This document shows positions 26,216-39,650 of a DNA stretch of 57,646 nt, piece after piece. Numbering within the stretch: the first letter of the stretch is position 1; every line of letters begins with the position of its first letter. The translations under genes and the position numbers were made by a program. A model generated the notes under the pieces. That model was not told where the DNA came from. It made no database searches and worked only from the letters and a program-made list of their open reading frames with translations. The stretch comes from Octopus bimaculoides (taxonomy: Eukaryota), in assembly GCF_001194135.2 (NCBI RefSeq), contig NC_068990.1, forward strand, positions 85,817,009 to 85,874,654. Direction: 5' to 3'.

Positions 26216-26467
26216 TATAAATATATACATTTATATGTATATAAATATATGTATATACATATATACATGTAAATGTATAAATATATATATATATGTATAT
26301 ATTTATATGAACATATATATGTATATATTTATGTATATAAATACATAAATATATATATACATATACATATATATATATGGATATACATATACATATATAT
26401 ATATGTACATATAAATATATACATGTATATATTTATATACATATACATACATATATATATATGTACG

Positions 26468-26509
<42 letters not shown>

Positions 26510-27067
26510 NNNNNNNNNNNNNNNNNNNNNNNNNNNNNNNNNNNNNNNNNNNNNNNNNNNNNNNNNNNNNNNNNNNNNNNNNNNNNNNNNNNNNNNNNNN
26601 NNNNNNNNNNNNNNNNNNNNNNNNNNNNNNNNNNNNNNNNNNNNNNNNNNNNNNNNNNNNNNNNNNNNNNNNNNNNNNNNNNNNNNNNNNNNNNNNNNNN
26701 NNNNNNNNNNNNNNNNNNNNNNNNNNNNNNNNNNNNNNNNNNNNNNNNNNNNNNNNNNNNNNNNNNNNNNNNNNNNNNNNNNNNNNNNNNNNNNNNNNNN
26801 NNNNNNNNNNNNNNNNNNNNNNNNNNNNNNNNNNNNNNNNNNNNNNNNNNNNNNNNNNNNNNNNNNNNNNNNNNNNNNNNNNNNNNNNNNNNNNNNNNNN
26901 NNNNNNNNNNNNNNNNNNNNNNNNNNNNNNNNNNNNNNNNNNNNNNNNNNNNNNNNNNNNNNNNNNNNNNNNNNNNNNNNNNNNNNNNNNNNNNNNNNNN
27001 NNNNNNNNNNNNNNNNNNNNNNNNNNNNNNNNNNNNNNNNNNNNNNNNNNNNNNNNNNNNNNNNNNN

Positions 27068-27121
<54 letters not shown>

Positions 27122-27419
27122 GTGTGTTGTGGTTGTAGTGGCTATCATCTAGTTACCAATACGACGGCAACCACGCCTTCATTCAGGCACAGTCGAGTTG
27201 TAACTTGGTACAACACGCCATTACTACCACTACGACATCCACTAACATCACAAACGCTACCACCGCCACCGCCACCCTTCCACCATCACCACCACCATCA
27301 CCACCACCACCACCACGACACAAATAACAACAACAACCCGGTTAGCCAAAGAAAAAGGAAGTACGGAAAACTCCTTTTTTCATTAATTAACCAGGATATT
27401 AATAATGAATGTAATATTG

Positions 27420-27722
27420 ATTAGACGGTTGCTGGATGAGAGGACCGATTGTTTGGTTGTAGGGTTAACTGCTTGGCTTGTTGGCTGATTGCTAGGTTGG
27501 CAGGTTCATTGCTTGATTGTTGACTTGATTGCTTGGTTGTTGAGTTGATTATTAGGTAGACGAGTTGGCTGTTTGGTTATTGTGTCGGTTGATTGATTGA
27601 TTGCTTGATTGAGTGAGTGAGTGAGTGAGTGATTAATTGATTGATTGATTGATTGATTGATTGCCTGCTTATCTGATCGCATGCTTGGTTTGTTGCTTGC
27701 TTGCTTGGCTGATTGGTTTATA
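27420..27722. repeat. Degenerate tetranucleotide tract (GATT/TTGC/GAGT)
   Basis: Direct reading. Confidence 0.75.
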
Positions 27723-27749
27723 CTGATTAATATTGAGTTTAGAATTATA

Positions 27750-27967
27750 CGAGGAGGCGCTGTAAAGTTCTTGACTTCAAGGGTGTCGCGAAAGGCCTGG
27801 TTGGAGGCCCAACCTTCCGAGTTCTCTTACAGGGCTTAGACAAAACTGAAGGACCTCTGCAATAAGTGTGTGGATCTGAGAGGAGAATATGTTGAATGAA
27901 ATCATAATTAACTGATTCTCCTGTATTTTCTTTTACCCAAAGCCAGGAACTTTTCGGCACACCTTCG
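27750..27967 (+). mobile_element. mariner-derived MITE (218 bp)
   Basis: TA flanks; imperfect TIRs of about 28 bp (cgaggaggcgctgtaaagttcttgactt / aaagccaggaacttttcggcacaccttcg); retains the mariner C-terminus DLCNKCVDLRGEYVE*. Confidence 0.8.
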
Positions 27968-27992
27968 TAGATAGAGTAAATAATAACCCACC

Positions 27993-28029
<37 letters not shown>

Positions 28030-28904
28030 TCTCTCTCTCNNNNNNNNNNNNNNNNNNNNNNNNNNNNNNNNNNNNNNNNNNNNNNNNNNNNNNNNNNNNN
28101 NNNNNNNNNNNNNNNNNNNNNNNNNNNNNNNNNNNNNNNNNNNNNNNNNNNNNNNNNNNNNNNNNNNNNNNNNNNNNNNNNNNNNNNNNNNNNNNNNNNN
28201 NNNNNNNNNNNNNNNNNNNNNNNNNNNNNNNNNNNNNNNNNNNNNNNNNNNNNNNNNNNNNNNNNNNNNNNNNNNNNNNNNNNNNNNNNNNNNNNNNNNN
28301 NNNNNNNNNNNNNNNNNNNNNNNNNNNNNNNNNNNNNNNNNNNNNNNNNNNNNNNNNNNNNNNNNNNNNNNNNNNNNNNNNNNNNNNNNNNNNNNNNNNN
28401 NNNNNNNNNNNNNNNNNNNNNNNNNNNNNNNNNNNNNNNNNNNNNNNNNNNNNNNNNNNNNNNNNNNNNNNNNNNNNNNNNNNNNNNNNNNNNNNNNNNN
28501 NNNNNNNNNNNNNNNNNNNNNNNNNNNNNNNNNNNNNNNNNNNNNNNNNNNNNNNNNNNNNNNNNNNNNNNNNNNNNNNNNNNNNNNNNNNNNNNNNNNN
28601 NNNNNNNNNNNNNNNNNNNNNNNNNNNNNNNNNNNNNNNNNNNNNNNNNNNNNNNNNNNNNNNNNNNNNNNNNNNNNNNNNNNNNNNNNNNNNNNNNNNN
28701 NNNNNNNNNNNNNNNNNNNNNNNNNNNNNNNNNNNNNNNNNNNNNNNNNNNNNNNNNNNNNNNNNNNNNNNNNNNNNNNNNNNNNNNNNNNNNNNNNNNN
28801 NNNNNNNNNNNNNNNNNNNNNNNNNNNNNNNNNNNNNNNNNNNNNNNNNNNNNNNNNNNNNNNNNNNNNNNNNNNNNNNNNNNNNNNNATACATATATAT
28901 CAGC

Positions 28905-29005
28905 TGAAATTGCAAAGATAATCTGGTACTCGACTGAGGAAAGAAAGCTTCGAATGACCCGTCCTTGTTTTCTTTGTATCGTCTATCTGGATGTTTTATT
29001 GTCCC
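28905..29005 (+). repeat. Dispersed repeat shared with 38505-38650 (possible PLE end)
   Basis: Both contain gactga.gaaagaaagc...gaatgacccgtc...ctttgta.cgtctatctg. Confidence 0.5.
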
Positions 29006-29539
29006 ATTTTGTATATTATATACGTATGTGTGTGTGTGTGTTTGAATGTAAGTATATATTTATTAATAGTAAGTTCTTCAGCTCGGTCTGCACTCTAACA
29101 TATTCTGTCTGCACTCTAACATATTCGTGCTGCTTCCTATGTACTAAATTTGGTAACCTTGGAATCGTGTGTGAAAATGGATAAATTAAATTTCAAAATC
29201 ATGTTGTCGCACTTCTAAGATCTCTACTTTTAAAGAAATAAATTTAAATAAAACAAAAACAATGTCTCACGGAACACTGGTATTCTTTCGAGTAAACAGC
29301 AAGGGAAGCGACCATGCATAACTAAATAACCACAACAATTTTAAAAAGGTTTAAGTTAAGATTAAACCTGCTCAAGAGTGACTAGAAGGGGGATTACGTC
29401 TAATGATGTGCGCACAACTAATTCTCCTGACAATCACTCTGTGTGTGCGTGTGTGTGTATGCGTGAGTGAATGTGTGGCTGTGTGTGAGTGTGTGCACAT
29501 GCGTGCTTGTGTTTATGTGAGTATTAATGTATGTATCCG

Positions 29540-29605
<66 letters not shown>

Positions 29606-29639
29606 CAGTTATACAGTTACCATCTTATTGGGAGACATT

Positions 29640-29790
29640 TGTTCTTTTCTCTCTCCATTTATTTCTTTCTCTTGTTTATGCTTTCTGCTGAAGAGCGTTT
29701 ACACGAAACGTAAACGCCTTTTCCTTCTATTTTTCCCAAGCGTAAACTTAATGCACTCTGCTTTTTTACTTCGTCTTCGTGTTATATATC
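29640..29790 (+). mobile_element. Hammerhead-bearing repeat, copy 3
   Basis: gcttt-ctgctga-a-gagc(gttt)acac-gaaacgta-aacgc at 29680-29717. Confidence 0.5.
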
Positions 29791-29844
29791 ATTTTTGCTA
29801 AGATTTATGTATACATATATAAATATATACACACAAACACACAC

Positions 29845-30007
29845 GCACTGGAAAGTTCCTGGCTTTGGGTAAAAGAAAATGTAGGAGGATCAGTTAATTA
29901 TGATTCTATTCAGTTTTTCAAAGCGTTGTAAAAGAACTCGGAAGGTTGGACCTCCAGCCAGGACTTTCGCGATACCCTTAAAGCCAGGAACTTTTCAGCT
30001 CCCCTCT
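29845..30007 (-). mobile_element. Second copy of the mariner MITE, inverted, with a central deletion
   Basis: Reverse complement aligns to 27750-27967 minus about 46 nt. Confidence 0.8.
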
Positions 30008-30736
30008 TGCCCTCTTGCCTATGTGTATGTGTGTGTGTGCGCGTATATGTGTGTGTGTATATACATATATATATATATATTTATATANNNNNNNNNNNNN
30101 NNNNNNNNNNNNNNNNNNNNNNNNNNNNNNNNNNNNNNNNNNNNNNNNNNNNNNNNNNNNNNNNNNNNNNNNNNNNNNNNNNNNNNNNNNNNNNNNNNNN
30201 NNNNNNNNNNNNNNNNNNNNNNNNNNNNNNNNNNNNNNNNNNNNNNNNNNNNNNNNNNNNNNNNNNNNNNNNNNNNNNNNNNNNNNNNNNNNNNNNNNNN
30301 NNNNNNNNNNNNNNNNNNNNNNNNNNNNNNNNNNNNNNNNNNNNNNNNNNNNNNNNNNNNNNNNNNNNNNNNNNNNNNNNNNNNNNNNNNNNNNNNNNNN
30401 NNNNNNNNNNNNNNNNNNNNNNNNNNNNNNNNNNNNNNNNNNNNNNNNNNNNNNNNNNNNNNNNNNNNNNNNNNNNNNNNNNNNNNNNNNNNNNNNNNNN
30501 NNNNNNNNNNNNNNNNNNNNNNNNNNNNNNNNNNNNNNNNNNNNNNNNNNNNNNNNNNNNNNNNNNNNNNNNNNNNNNNNNNNNNNNNNNNNNNNNNNNN
30601 NNNNNNNNNNNNNNNNNNNNNNNNNNNNNNNNNNNNNNNNNNNNNNNNNNNNNNNNNNNNNNNNNNNNNNNNNNNNNNNNNNNNNNNNNNNNNNNNNNNN
30701 NNNNNNNNNNNNNNNNNNNNNNNNNNNNNNNNNNNN

Positions 30737-30771
<35 letters not shown>

Positions 30772-30786
30772 TATATATATTATATA

Positions 30787-30871
<85 letters not shown>

Positions 30872-31628
30872 CACACACACATATATATGCATGTATGTAT
30901 ATACATATGTATATATACACACACACATATATATATATATATACACATATTTATGCACACACATATATACATACACACACATATATATATACACACACAC
31001 ACTAGCTTATTATAGAGTTAAGCATTGTATAATAGAATATTATTAGTTGTTTAAATGTCAGTCTAACGTGATTTACTTTGTTTGTTTGTTCTTTTTTCGT
31101 TTTTCTTTTTTTGTTTTGTTTCTTTTGTTCTTTGTTAATTCATTTTCGTTTAAAGCCCACCCGAAACTAAACTAGGTCCACCCGCGTCACCACCATTTTC
31201 TCCACCACCACCACCATCACCACCACCACCATCTCTACTACAACTACTACTACTACTACTACTACTACAAAACTGTCGTTGTCATTGTCATCGCTACTAC
31301 AACTACCAGTATCACCACGACCCTCACTAACTCAATGACTCTCTCTCTTTCTCTCTCTCTCTCTCTATCTATCTATCTAGCCATCTCCCCCTCTCTCACT
31401 CTCTATATATATCTCACTTTATCTACCTCTCTCCTTCTCTCTCTCTCTGTCTCTCTCTCTCTTTCTCTCTGTTACCTCTTTATCATCTCTCGCCGCTGAC
31501 GCTGACACCGCCACCGCCACTATCACCGTCATTAACGGTGGGGGGAGAGGTAAAAAAAGAGAAAGTAGCAGAGGAAAGAGAGGCTTTATGAGCGGGGGTG
31601 GGGTGGGGGTTAGTTGAGGAGACATGCT

Positions 31629-31827
31629 TGTAATGTGTTGAAAATCAATGGAATCGACTGGGTGGGGAGTGGGAGTGGTGGGTGTCACCGTGATTCGGAT
31701 TGGAATGTGACGGATGGCTGGTCGGTCGGTCGGTCGATCGGTTGGGTGGCTGGTTAGGAGGCTGGATTGATGGATCGATGGATCGATGGGTAGGTAAGAG
31801 GGTAGACGGATGCATGGGGTGGACGGG

Positions 31828-31858
<31 letters not shown>

Positions 31859-32538
31859 ATGGACGGATGGATGCATGGATGCATGGATGCATGCATGGGT
31901 GGGTGGATGGGCGGGGGCGTGAATAAATAGATGGATTTGGATGTATGGGTAGATGGCTAGATGAATGAATAATTGGATATCTATATATAGATAGATACAT
32001 ACATACATACATACATGCATACATATATATATATACATACGTACGTACATACTTTCATACATACATACACACATACATACACACATATATACATACACAC
32101 ATACACACATACATACATACATACATACATACATAGACAAACTCGTCATCACCCTACCCTACTCCACTCCACCACACTGCACTCAACTCTACACAACTAC
32201 ACTACACTCACTATACATCACCTTCACTCCACTTCTGGAGTCCTCAGTGATTTTGCTCTACCAATTGCTAAAACGTTTAGAAATAATTTTATAATTATTG
32301 TGTAACTACTCATCTCCCATCACACCTCAACCACCCGACCATTTAATCAACTGTTAACTCAATCACCCATCAGCCAATTCATCCACCCGCCCACCCATCC
32401 AGCCAACCAGCGAGCCAGCCGTCAATCCGCCCACCCACCTATTCTTCCACACCGTTCATCCAACAGCCAGCCATCCATCCATCCAGATGCCTGTTCCTGT
32501 TTATATATGTATACATACTTATATAATATATATATATA

Positions 32539-32570
<32 letters not shown>

Positions 32571-33414
32571 ATGTTATGTTATATATATATATATATATAA
32601 TATATTATATTATATCATTTTGCATTACATTATAATATATATATATATCTATATATATATATATATTCATAAATATGTNNNNNNNNNNNNNNNNNNNNNN
32701 NNNNNNNNNNNNNNNNNNNNNNNNNNNNNNNNNNNNNNNNNNNNNNNNNNNNNNNNNNNNNNNNNNNNNNNNNNNNNNNNNNNNNNNNNNNNNNNNNNNN
32801 NNNNNNNNNNNNNNNNNNNNNNNNNNNNNNNNNNNNNNNNNNNNNNNNNNNNNNNNNNNNNNNNNNNNNNNNNNNNNNNNNNNNNNNNNNNNNNNNNNNN
32901 NNNNNNNNNNNNNNNNNNNNNNNNNNNNNNNNNNNNNNNNNNNNNNNNNNNNNNNNNNNNNNNNNNNNNNNNNNNNNNNNNNNNNNNNNNNNNNNNNNNN
33001 NNNNNNNNNNNNNNNNNNNNNNNNNNNNNNNNNNNNNNNNNNNNNNNNNNNNNNNNNNNNNNNNNNNNNNNNNNNNNNNNNNNNNNNNNNNNNNNNNNNN
33101 NNNNNNNNNNNNNNNNNNNNNNNNNNNNNNNNNNNNNNNNNNNNNNNNNNNNNNNNNNNNNNNNNNNNNNNNNNNNNNNNNNNNNNNNNNNNNNNNNNNN
33201 NNNNNNNNNNNNNNNNNNNNNNNNNNNNNNNNNNNNNNNNNNNNNNNNNNNNNNNNNNNNNNNNNNNNNNNTGTACATAGCCATCGATCCATCCATCCAT
33301 TTAACCAACCACCGAACCAACCAACCATCCGTCACATTCCAATCCAAATCACAGTAACAGCCACCCGCCCCACATCTGCACCCGGTCTATATCATTGATT
33401 TTTGACAGATTACA
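31629..33414. repeat. Diverged inverted repeat, arms 31629-31717 and 33325-33414
   Basis: Perfect 21-bp core (31697-31717 vs 33325-33345) plus collinear 14-bp and 22-bp blocks with 3 mismatches each. Confidence 0.75.
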
Positions 33415-34153
33415 TTAAATAACTGCGACTACAATAGTCTAACACGTCTTCTGCTTATTTAAGGTAGTACACTATGATTCGAGGCAGATTTGGTTGTTAT
33501 TTATAGCAGAACGAACAACCACGTAACGGCTCCCTCGTTAGCTCTTTGATGTGAGTGACGAAGTTCATTAATGTCGCTTTAATTGAATTCTACTATGTTT
33601 ATTTAATTTTGTTTATTTGTTCGTTTGTTTTCTACCTCGCATATGTACACGAATACCTGTTTAATCTACCTACATACGTACCAACACATATATGTATGTA
33701 CGTATATATACACACATACATATAGACATATATAAATATACATACATATATACATGCATTCACAGACACAGAGACAGACACAGATATATATATATATATA
33801 TATATATAATCTGAGTAGAAACGTTATAGTGTGCATTTCAAAGCTCTTCTCCGGGTAAGGTTACCAGATGTTATTATACAGTAAGACCTCTGTTACAGAA
33901 TATACATATGGAAATCAGTAAATATCTGTAGAGTGTAAACAACAAAAAATTTTACTACGAGAAAATTGATTGAACAGGCTTTATTACAAATCATTACAGT
34001 TGTTTCAAAGCACCATTATCAGCTGTTAATTGCTTCAGAGATACATATATACATTAAGTGTGCGATAAGAAAGACAGAATATGAGGTTCTGCAAATAAGG
34101 ATTTAAGTTTAACCCTTTACGTATGTTATACATACACACATACATACATCTAT

Positions 34154-34208
<55 letters not shown>

Positions 34209-35127
34209 TTAAAGGATTAATTTGAAAGAGACAAGTTCCAAGGTCAATAATACTCCTCATCAAAGCCGACACATCTAAACACAGAGGGCATATATAAGCC
34301 ATTATAAGCATGCGAACACATAACAAATAGAAGAATATNNNNNNNNNNNNNNNNNNNNNNNNNNNNNNNNNNNNNNNNNNNNNNNNNNNNNNNNNNNNNN
34401 NNNNNNNNNNNNNNNNNNNNNNNNNNNNNNNNNNNNNNNNNNNNNNNNNNNNNNNNNNNNNNNNNNNNNNNNNNNNNNNNNNNNNNNNNNNNNNNNNNNN
34501 NNNNNNNNNNNNNNNNNNNNNNNNNNNNNNNNNNNNNNNNNNNNNNNNNNNNNNNNNNNNNNNNNNNNNNNNNNNNNNNNNNNNNNNNNNNNNNNNNNNN
34601 NNNNNNNNNNNNNNNNNNNNNNNNNNNNNNNNNNNNNNNNNNNNNNNNNNNNNNNNNNNNNNNNNNNNNNNNNNNNNNNNNNNNNNNNNNNNNNNNNNNN
34701 NNNNNNNNNNNNNNNNNNNNNNNNNNNNNNNNNNNNNNNNNNNNNNNNNNNNNNNNNNNNNNNNNNNNNNNNNNNNNNNNNNNNNNNNNNNNNNNNNNNN
34801 NNNNNNNNNNNNNNNNNNNNNNNNNNNNNNNNNNNNNNNNNNNNNNNNNNNNNNNNNNNNNNNNNNNNNNNNNNNNNNNNNNNNNNNNNNNNNNNNNNNN
34901 NNNNNNNNNNNNNNNNNNNNNNNNNNNNNNNNNNNNNNNNNNNNNNNNNNNNNNNNNNNNNNNNNNNNNNNNNNNNNNNNNNNNNNNNNNNNNNNNNNNN
35001 NNNNNNNNNNNNNNNNNNNNNNNNNNNNNNNNNNNNNNNNNNNNNNNNNNNNNNNNNNNNNNNNNNNNNNNNNNNNNNNNNNNNNNNNNNNNNNNNNNNN
35101 NNNNNNNNNNNNNNNNNNNNNNNNNNN

Positions 35128-35162
<35 letters not shown>

Positions 35163-35564
35163 TAAGTCTGTATATATATATACATATATATATATATATG
35201 TATATATATGTGTGTGTATGTGTGTATACATATTTATATTTATATTTATATTTATATATAAATATTGCGACGTTGTGAGCACGTAACGTAAGTGCGTATA
35301 TTTTATACAATGGGCAAGCATTATCTGATGCAATACTGTATACACACTATGCAGTAGATATGTAAACTATTCTGTCATGAAGGTTGGCATTTAGAAACAA
35401 GTTTCGCCGCTTTGTTTCGCAAGACTGTGGAATTCCGCTTTGTTAACAGTAAGAAATTTGACCACTTTCCTACTGTACATACAAGAAAAACAACTTGACC
35501 TCAGCTTCACAGTCGCAGAATAACTTTGTTAAGAAGGAAGAAAAATTGCACGTTGGAATTTCAA

Positions 35565-36196
35565 ACTTACGCCATATTGGAAATATCCGGAAGTGGGTAC
35601 GAGAAAAATAAGGTATTGAACCGAACTACACGACTCAACACACACACGCACACACACATGCACACACACGCATGCACACACGCACGTACACCCTACACTC
35701 GCACATTTATACGCACGCATACAGAAACGTACAGGCAACACACATGCATACGAACGTGTTTCGCATATATGTCTGTGTCATTTGTTGTATTGTATAACCG
35801 TGTGCCTGTGTTTAAGTTACACTCGCTTGTGATGTAAGTTTATGTGAAAGTTGAATGTGCGTTCATGTGTCTGTTGTCTGAATGTGTTTGTGCGCGTGGG
35901 TTTCAGTACTGCTTCGGGAAAAGGCGTATGTGTTCATGTAGGTTTGCAGCGAATGTTTGTATGTATATGCAGGGTATGCGTGTAGATGGGTGATTAAGCG
36001 TGACATTTTGGGATTGCTTACAATGCTTTTTGTGTACATATGTACACAAAAACTTCATTGTTAAGGGTAAAACGTTAGGTGATTATCTCCCTTTGCTATT
36101 GTTCATCTATCTTCGGCCGTGCTGCCATCTTGCGGTCACCAAAGCACCACGAAGGTAAACGATTGTTTCCCTTCGGCCTTGGCTATTGGTTTCCGG
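35565..36196. promoter_or_regulatory. Candidate promoter region, possibly bidirectional
   Basis: Minus: CCGGAAGT at 35587 next to aatATGGC|gtaagt (35575-35565). Also GCCATCTTG (YY1-like) at 36124, plus-strand donor AAG|gtaaac at 36154/5, ATTGG at 36185, TTCCGG at 36191. Confidence 0.35.
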
Positions 36197-36329
36197 TTGT
36201 GGTGCCACCATACGGATGCTAAAAGGCCAGCAGGAATTTTCTACAATGAGGGGAAGCAGGAGGAGCAGGACGAATAGGAGGGGCAGGAGGAACAGGAGGG
36301 GGAGGATATGTGTTAGCAAACGATGTAGG

Positions 36330-36900
36330 CACTAGTCGTTGGTAGCTAGAGAAGAGTTAGAGAATAGAAGGCAGACCGGATCAGGGTTGAGACGCTATCG
36401 AAGAAGTTGGGTCTTGTGCAGATAAGTACTTCCCACTCACGACCACGTCTCCACCACCCTTGTCAGTCGGTTTGACAACGATGACGAAATATCTGTATGC
36501 TTGCAAGTTGTGGGAGGTTGAGAGTTCGACCCGGGTGATGTTGAGGCGTTGGAAACCCTTCGAAATGTTGAAACAGTAGAGACTGTTGGGGAAACTAAGA
36601 AAAGGATTGGGTAGCAGTGAGTGTGACGGAGTGAGGGTTGGTGAGAGGAGGAGTTTGTTGTTCTTAATATGAGTGAAAAATCGAAGGTCAGTCGGGTGAG
36701 GTGAATGATGAAGAGGGCGACAGAATGGGCGAAGAGTGAGCGCAAATGGAAGACATTATGGAGAGGAAGGAGTGGAAAGGTTCGGAGAGTTTACCGTCAA
36801 AGATACTCTTTTGGGTAAGAATGGGGTGGATGACAGCGCAGGAGAAGGTGGGGAGGTGTGTACAATTTCTTTTAGGGCTGAAAGTATTCCATTAGTCATG
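36330..36900 (-). mobile_element. Penelope-like element, RT N-terminal region, degraded
   Basis: FVIVVKPTDKGGGDVVV matches the PLE IVIKPADKGGAVVV motif; strand-biased C/T-rich flanks. Confidence 0.65.
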
Positions 36901-36926
36901 CTTATACGCATTCATTATACTCATGA

Positions 36927-37007
<81 letters not shown>

Positions 37008-37113
37008 TGTCTATATGTGTATTTGTTCGTGCGTATGCATGCGCTTCAGCATGTATGTATATGTATGTGTATATACATATAATTATATATATATAAAAAT
37101 ATATATATATATG

Positions 37114-37158
<45 letters not shown>

Positions 37159-37179
37159 GTTTATATGTATATATATATG

Positions 37180-37229
<50 letters not shown>

Positions 37230-38163
37230 CACACGCACGCGTACATACGTAGATACACACTTGCATGCATTTATGTAAAATCAATAGATATAATTAATGA
37301 ATACCAATAAATGTATATAATCAATAATTGTCATTTAATCCAATATATTCCGTATAATGTTGTTACCGAAAACTGACAGCGCAACACGATATTTAAATAA
37401 AAATATGCATTCATAGCACACACACATATACAAACACATACACATACACACACATACACACACACAAACACACATACACATACACACACAAACACACACA
37501 AACACACACACATACAAACGCACGCACACACAAACACACACACACAACGAATGCAGGTATACATATATTTGTATTCATGCATTATATTTGGACTATGATA
37601 TATAGGAATCGTTATACAACACATGCCGTATTAGAAAATCAGCAATCGAGACAGTAAAACACACGTGTGGTGAGGGGGTTGTATGCTTGAGAGAGAGAGT
37701 GCACGCTCGTAGTTACACAAACAAACAAGGATAGTGTTGACTGCGACTTCGAAGTTTCGTCAATGTAATAATATATATATATATGTATGTATGTATGTAA
37801 GTATGTATGTATGTATGTATGCTTACACATACAGTCTTGTTTTTTTTTATGGCATGATGTCACTTTTGGAAAATTCCTAGTTCTTGATATTATCCCTCCT
37901 TCTCTTCGCAAGTTTGTCCCCCAACTGTCGCCAAACGATTGTTTTGGCTTATCTGGAAGCGGAGACACTTTTAATAAATGAAGATACGTTGTATGGTGTT
38001 TAATATATCGTTATTCGTCTTTGCTGTTCAAATACATTTCACTGTCCACTCGAGTTATTTTTCTTAGTTCATTTGCATTTCGTTTAAATGCATATACCTC
38101 TGAGTGAGTAAATGTATGCGTGTATACATACATACATGCATACATACATACATACATATATAC

Positions 38164-38216
<53 letters not shown>

Positions 38217-38666
38217 TAATCGCCAACACCTCTTGTGTCCATTTCCCATGTTCCTGTCTTTAGGCCTTCACTCCATATACGCCAGCTCAATTTGATTCGT
38301 TCTCAGTCGAAAGACGCCTGTTATTATATTTTGTTATTTGCATTCGTAATTGTGTACCATGTTCTCCCTTTTTTTTTTTTTGTCTTTGTTGCTTTACACA
38401 TTCGTTAGCTTTCTTACATAGGGGTCTAATGCTCTTAACCTAGACTTTTGGTGGGGGGGGCAGCCAGATCGAACCTTCTCAAGTATAACTACCCGAAATG
38501 GTGATGACTTCTGGAACTTGACTGATGAAAGAAAGCCAAGAATGACCCGTCTTTTTTTGCCTGTCCTTCTAATTGTTGTTTCTCTTGTCCGCCTTTGTAC
38601 CGTCTATCTGTCCGAACGTTTTAATGCCTTGTATTGCGTTTTTGTTCCATTTATATATATATATAT

Positions 38667-38909
38667 AAAGTCATGGAGCGCATTGTCAGGAAGAAACTAA
38701 TTGTGTTCCTTGAAGATAAAGACTTGCTTCCTGACACCCAGCATGACTTTCGTTCAGGAAGAAGCTGTCTCACACAGCTTTTGCAGCACTATGACTGGTT
38801 GTTGAAACAATTAATCATTCAAACGTGGATGTGTTATATTTCGACTTTGCAAAAGCCTTTGATAAGGTCGATCATGATATGTCACAAACTACGGAGATTC
38901 GGCATAAGG
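38667..38909 (+). mobile_element. CR1/L2-group LINE reverse transcriptase fragment
   Basis: KVMERIVRKKLIVFLEDKDLLPDTQHDFRSGRSCLTQLL, frameshift, then DVLYFDFAKAFDKVDH. Confidence 0.85.
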
Positions 38910-39119
38910 AGGGTGAGATGCTATATGTCTAACACTCATTGCTATGCAATGCCATACTTGCCCAAGATTGTCCCCAGGAGAGATGACCAATGCGTCACAG
39001 TTTCATACTTTTTTGATATTGATTGATGACAACGAAGAGATATGAGAGAAAGGCAAGTGGAAAAGGGGAAAATCATATTTGGCGATGTAGAGAGGAGAGA
39101 GAGGGGGAGAGAGGGAGAG

Positions 39120-39240
39120 AGAGAGAGGTAGGTAGGTAGGTAGGTAGGTAGGTAGGTAGGTAGGATTGGGTGGGTGGTGGATCGGAAGATAAGTATGTAG
39201 ATAGACAAATAGAGAGAGGGGGGAGAAAGAAAAAAAGGAA

Positions 39241-39277
<37 letters not shown>

Positions 39278-39308
39278 GAAGAAAGGAAGAAAGGAAGGAA
39301 GGAAGGAA

Positions 39309-39353
<45 letters not shown>

Positions 39354-39413
39354 GAAGGAAGGAAGGAAGGAAGAAAGAAAGAAAGAAAGAAACAAACAAA
39401 CAAACAAACAAAC

Positions 39414-39452
<39 letters not shown>

Positions 39453-39529
39453 CAAAGAAACAAAGAAACAAACAAAGAAACAAACAAAGAAACAAACAAA
39501 CAAACAAAGAAACAAAGAAACAAAGAAAC

Positions 39530-39564
<35 letters not shown>

Positions 39565-39650
39565 CAAAGAAAGAAACAAACAAACAAACAAACAAACAAA
39601 CAAACAAAGAAACAAAGAAAGAAAGAAACAAACAAAGAAAGAAAGAAAGT
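39120..39650. repeat. Compound (AGGT)/(GAAA)/(GGAA)/(CAAA) tetranucleotide tract
   Basis: Direct reading. Confidence 0.9.
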
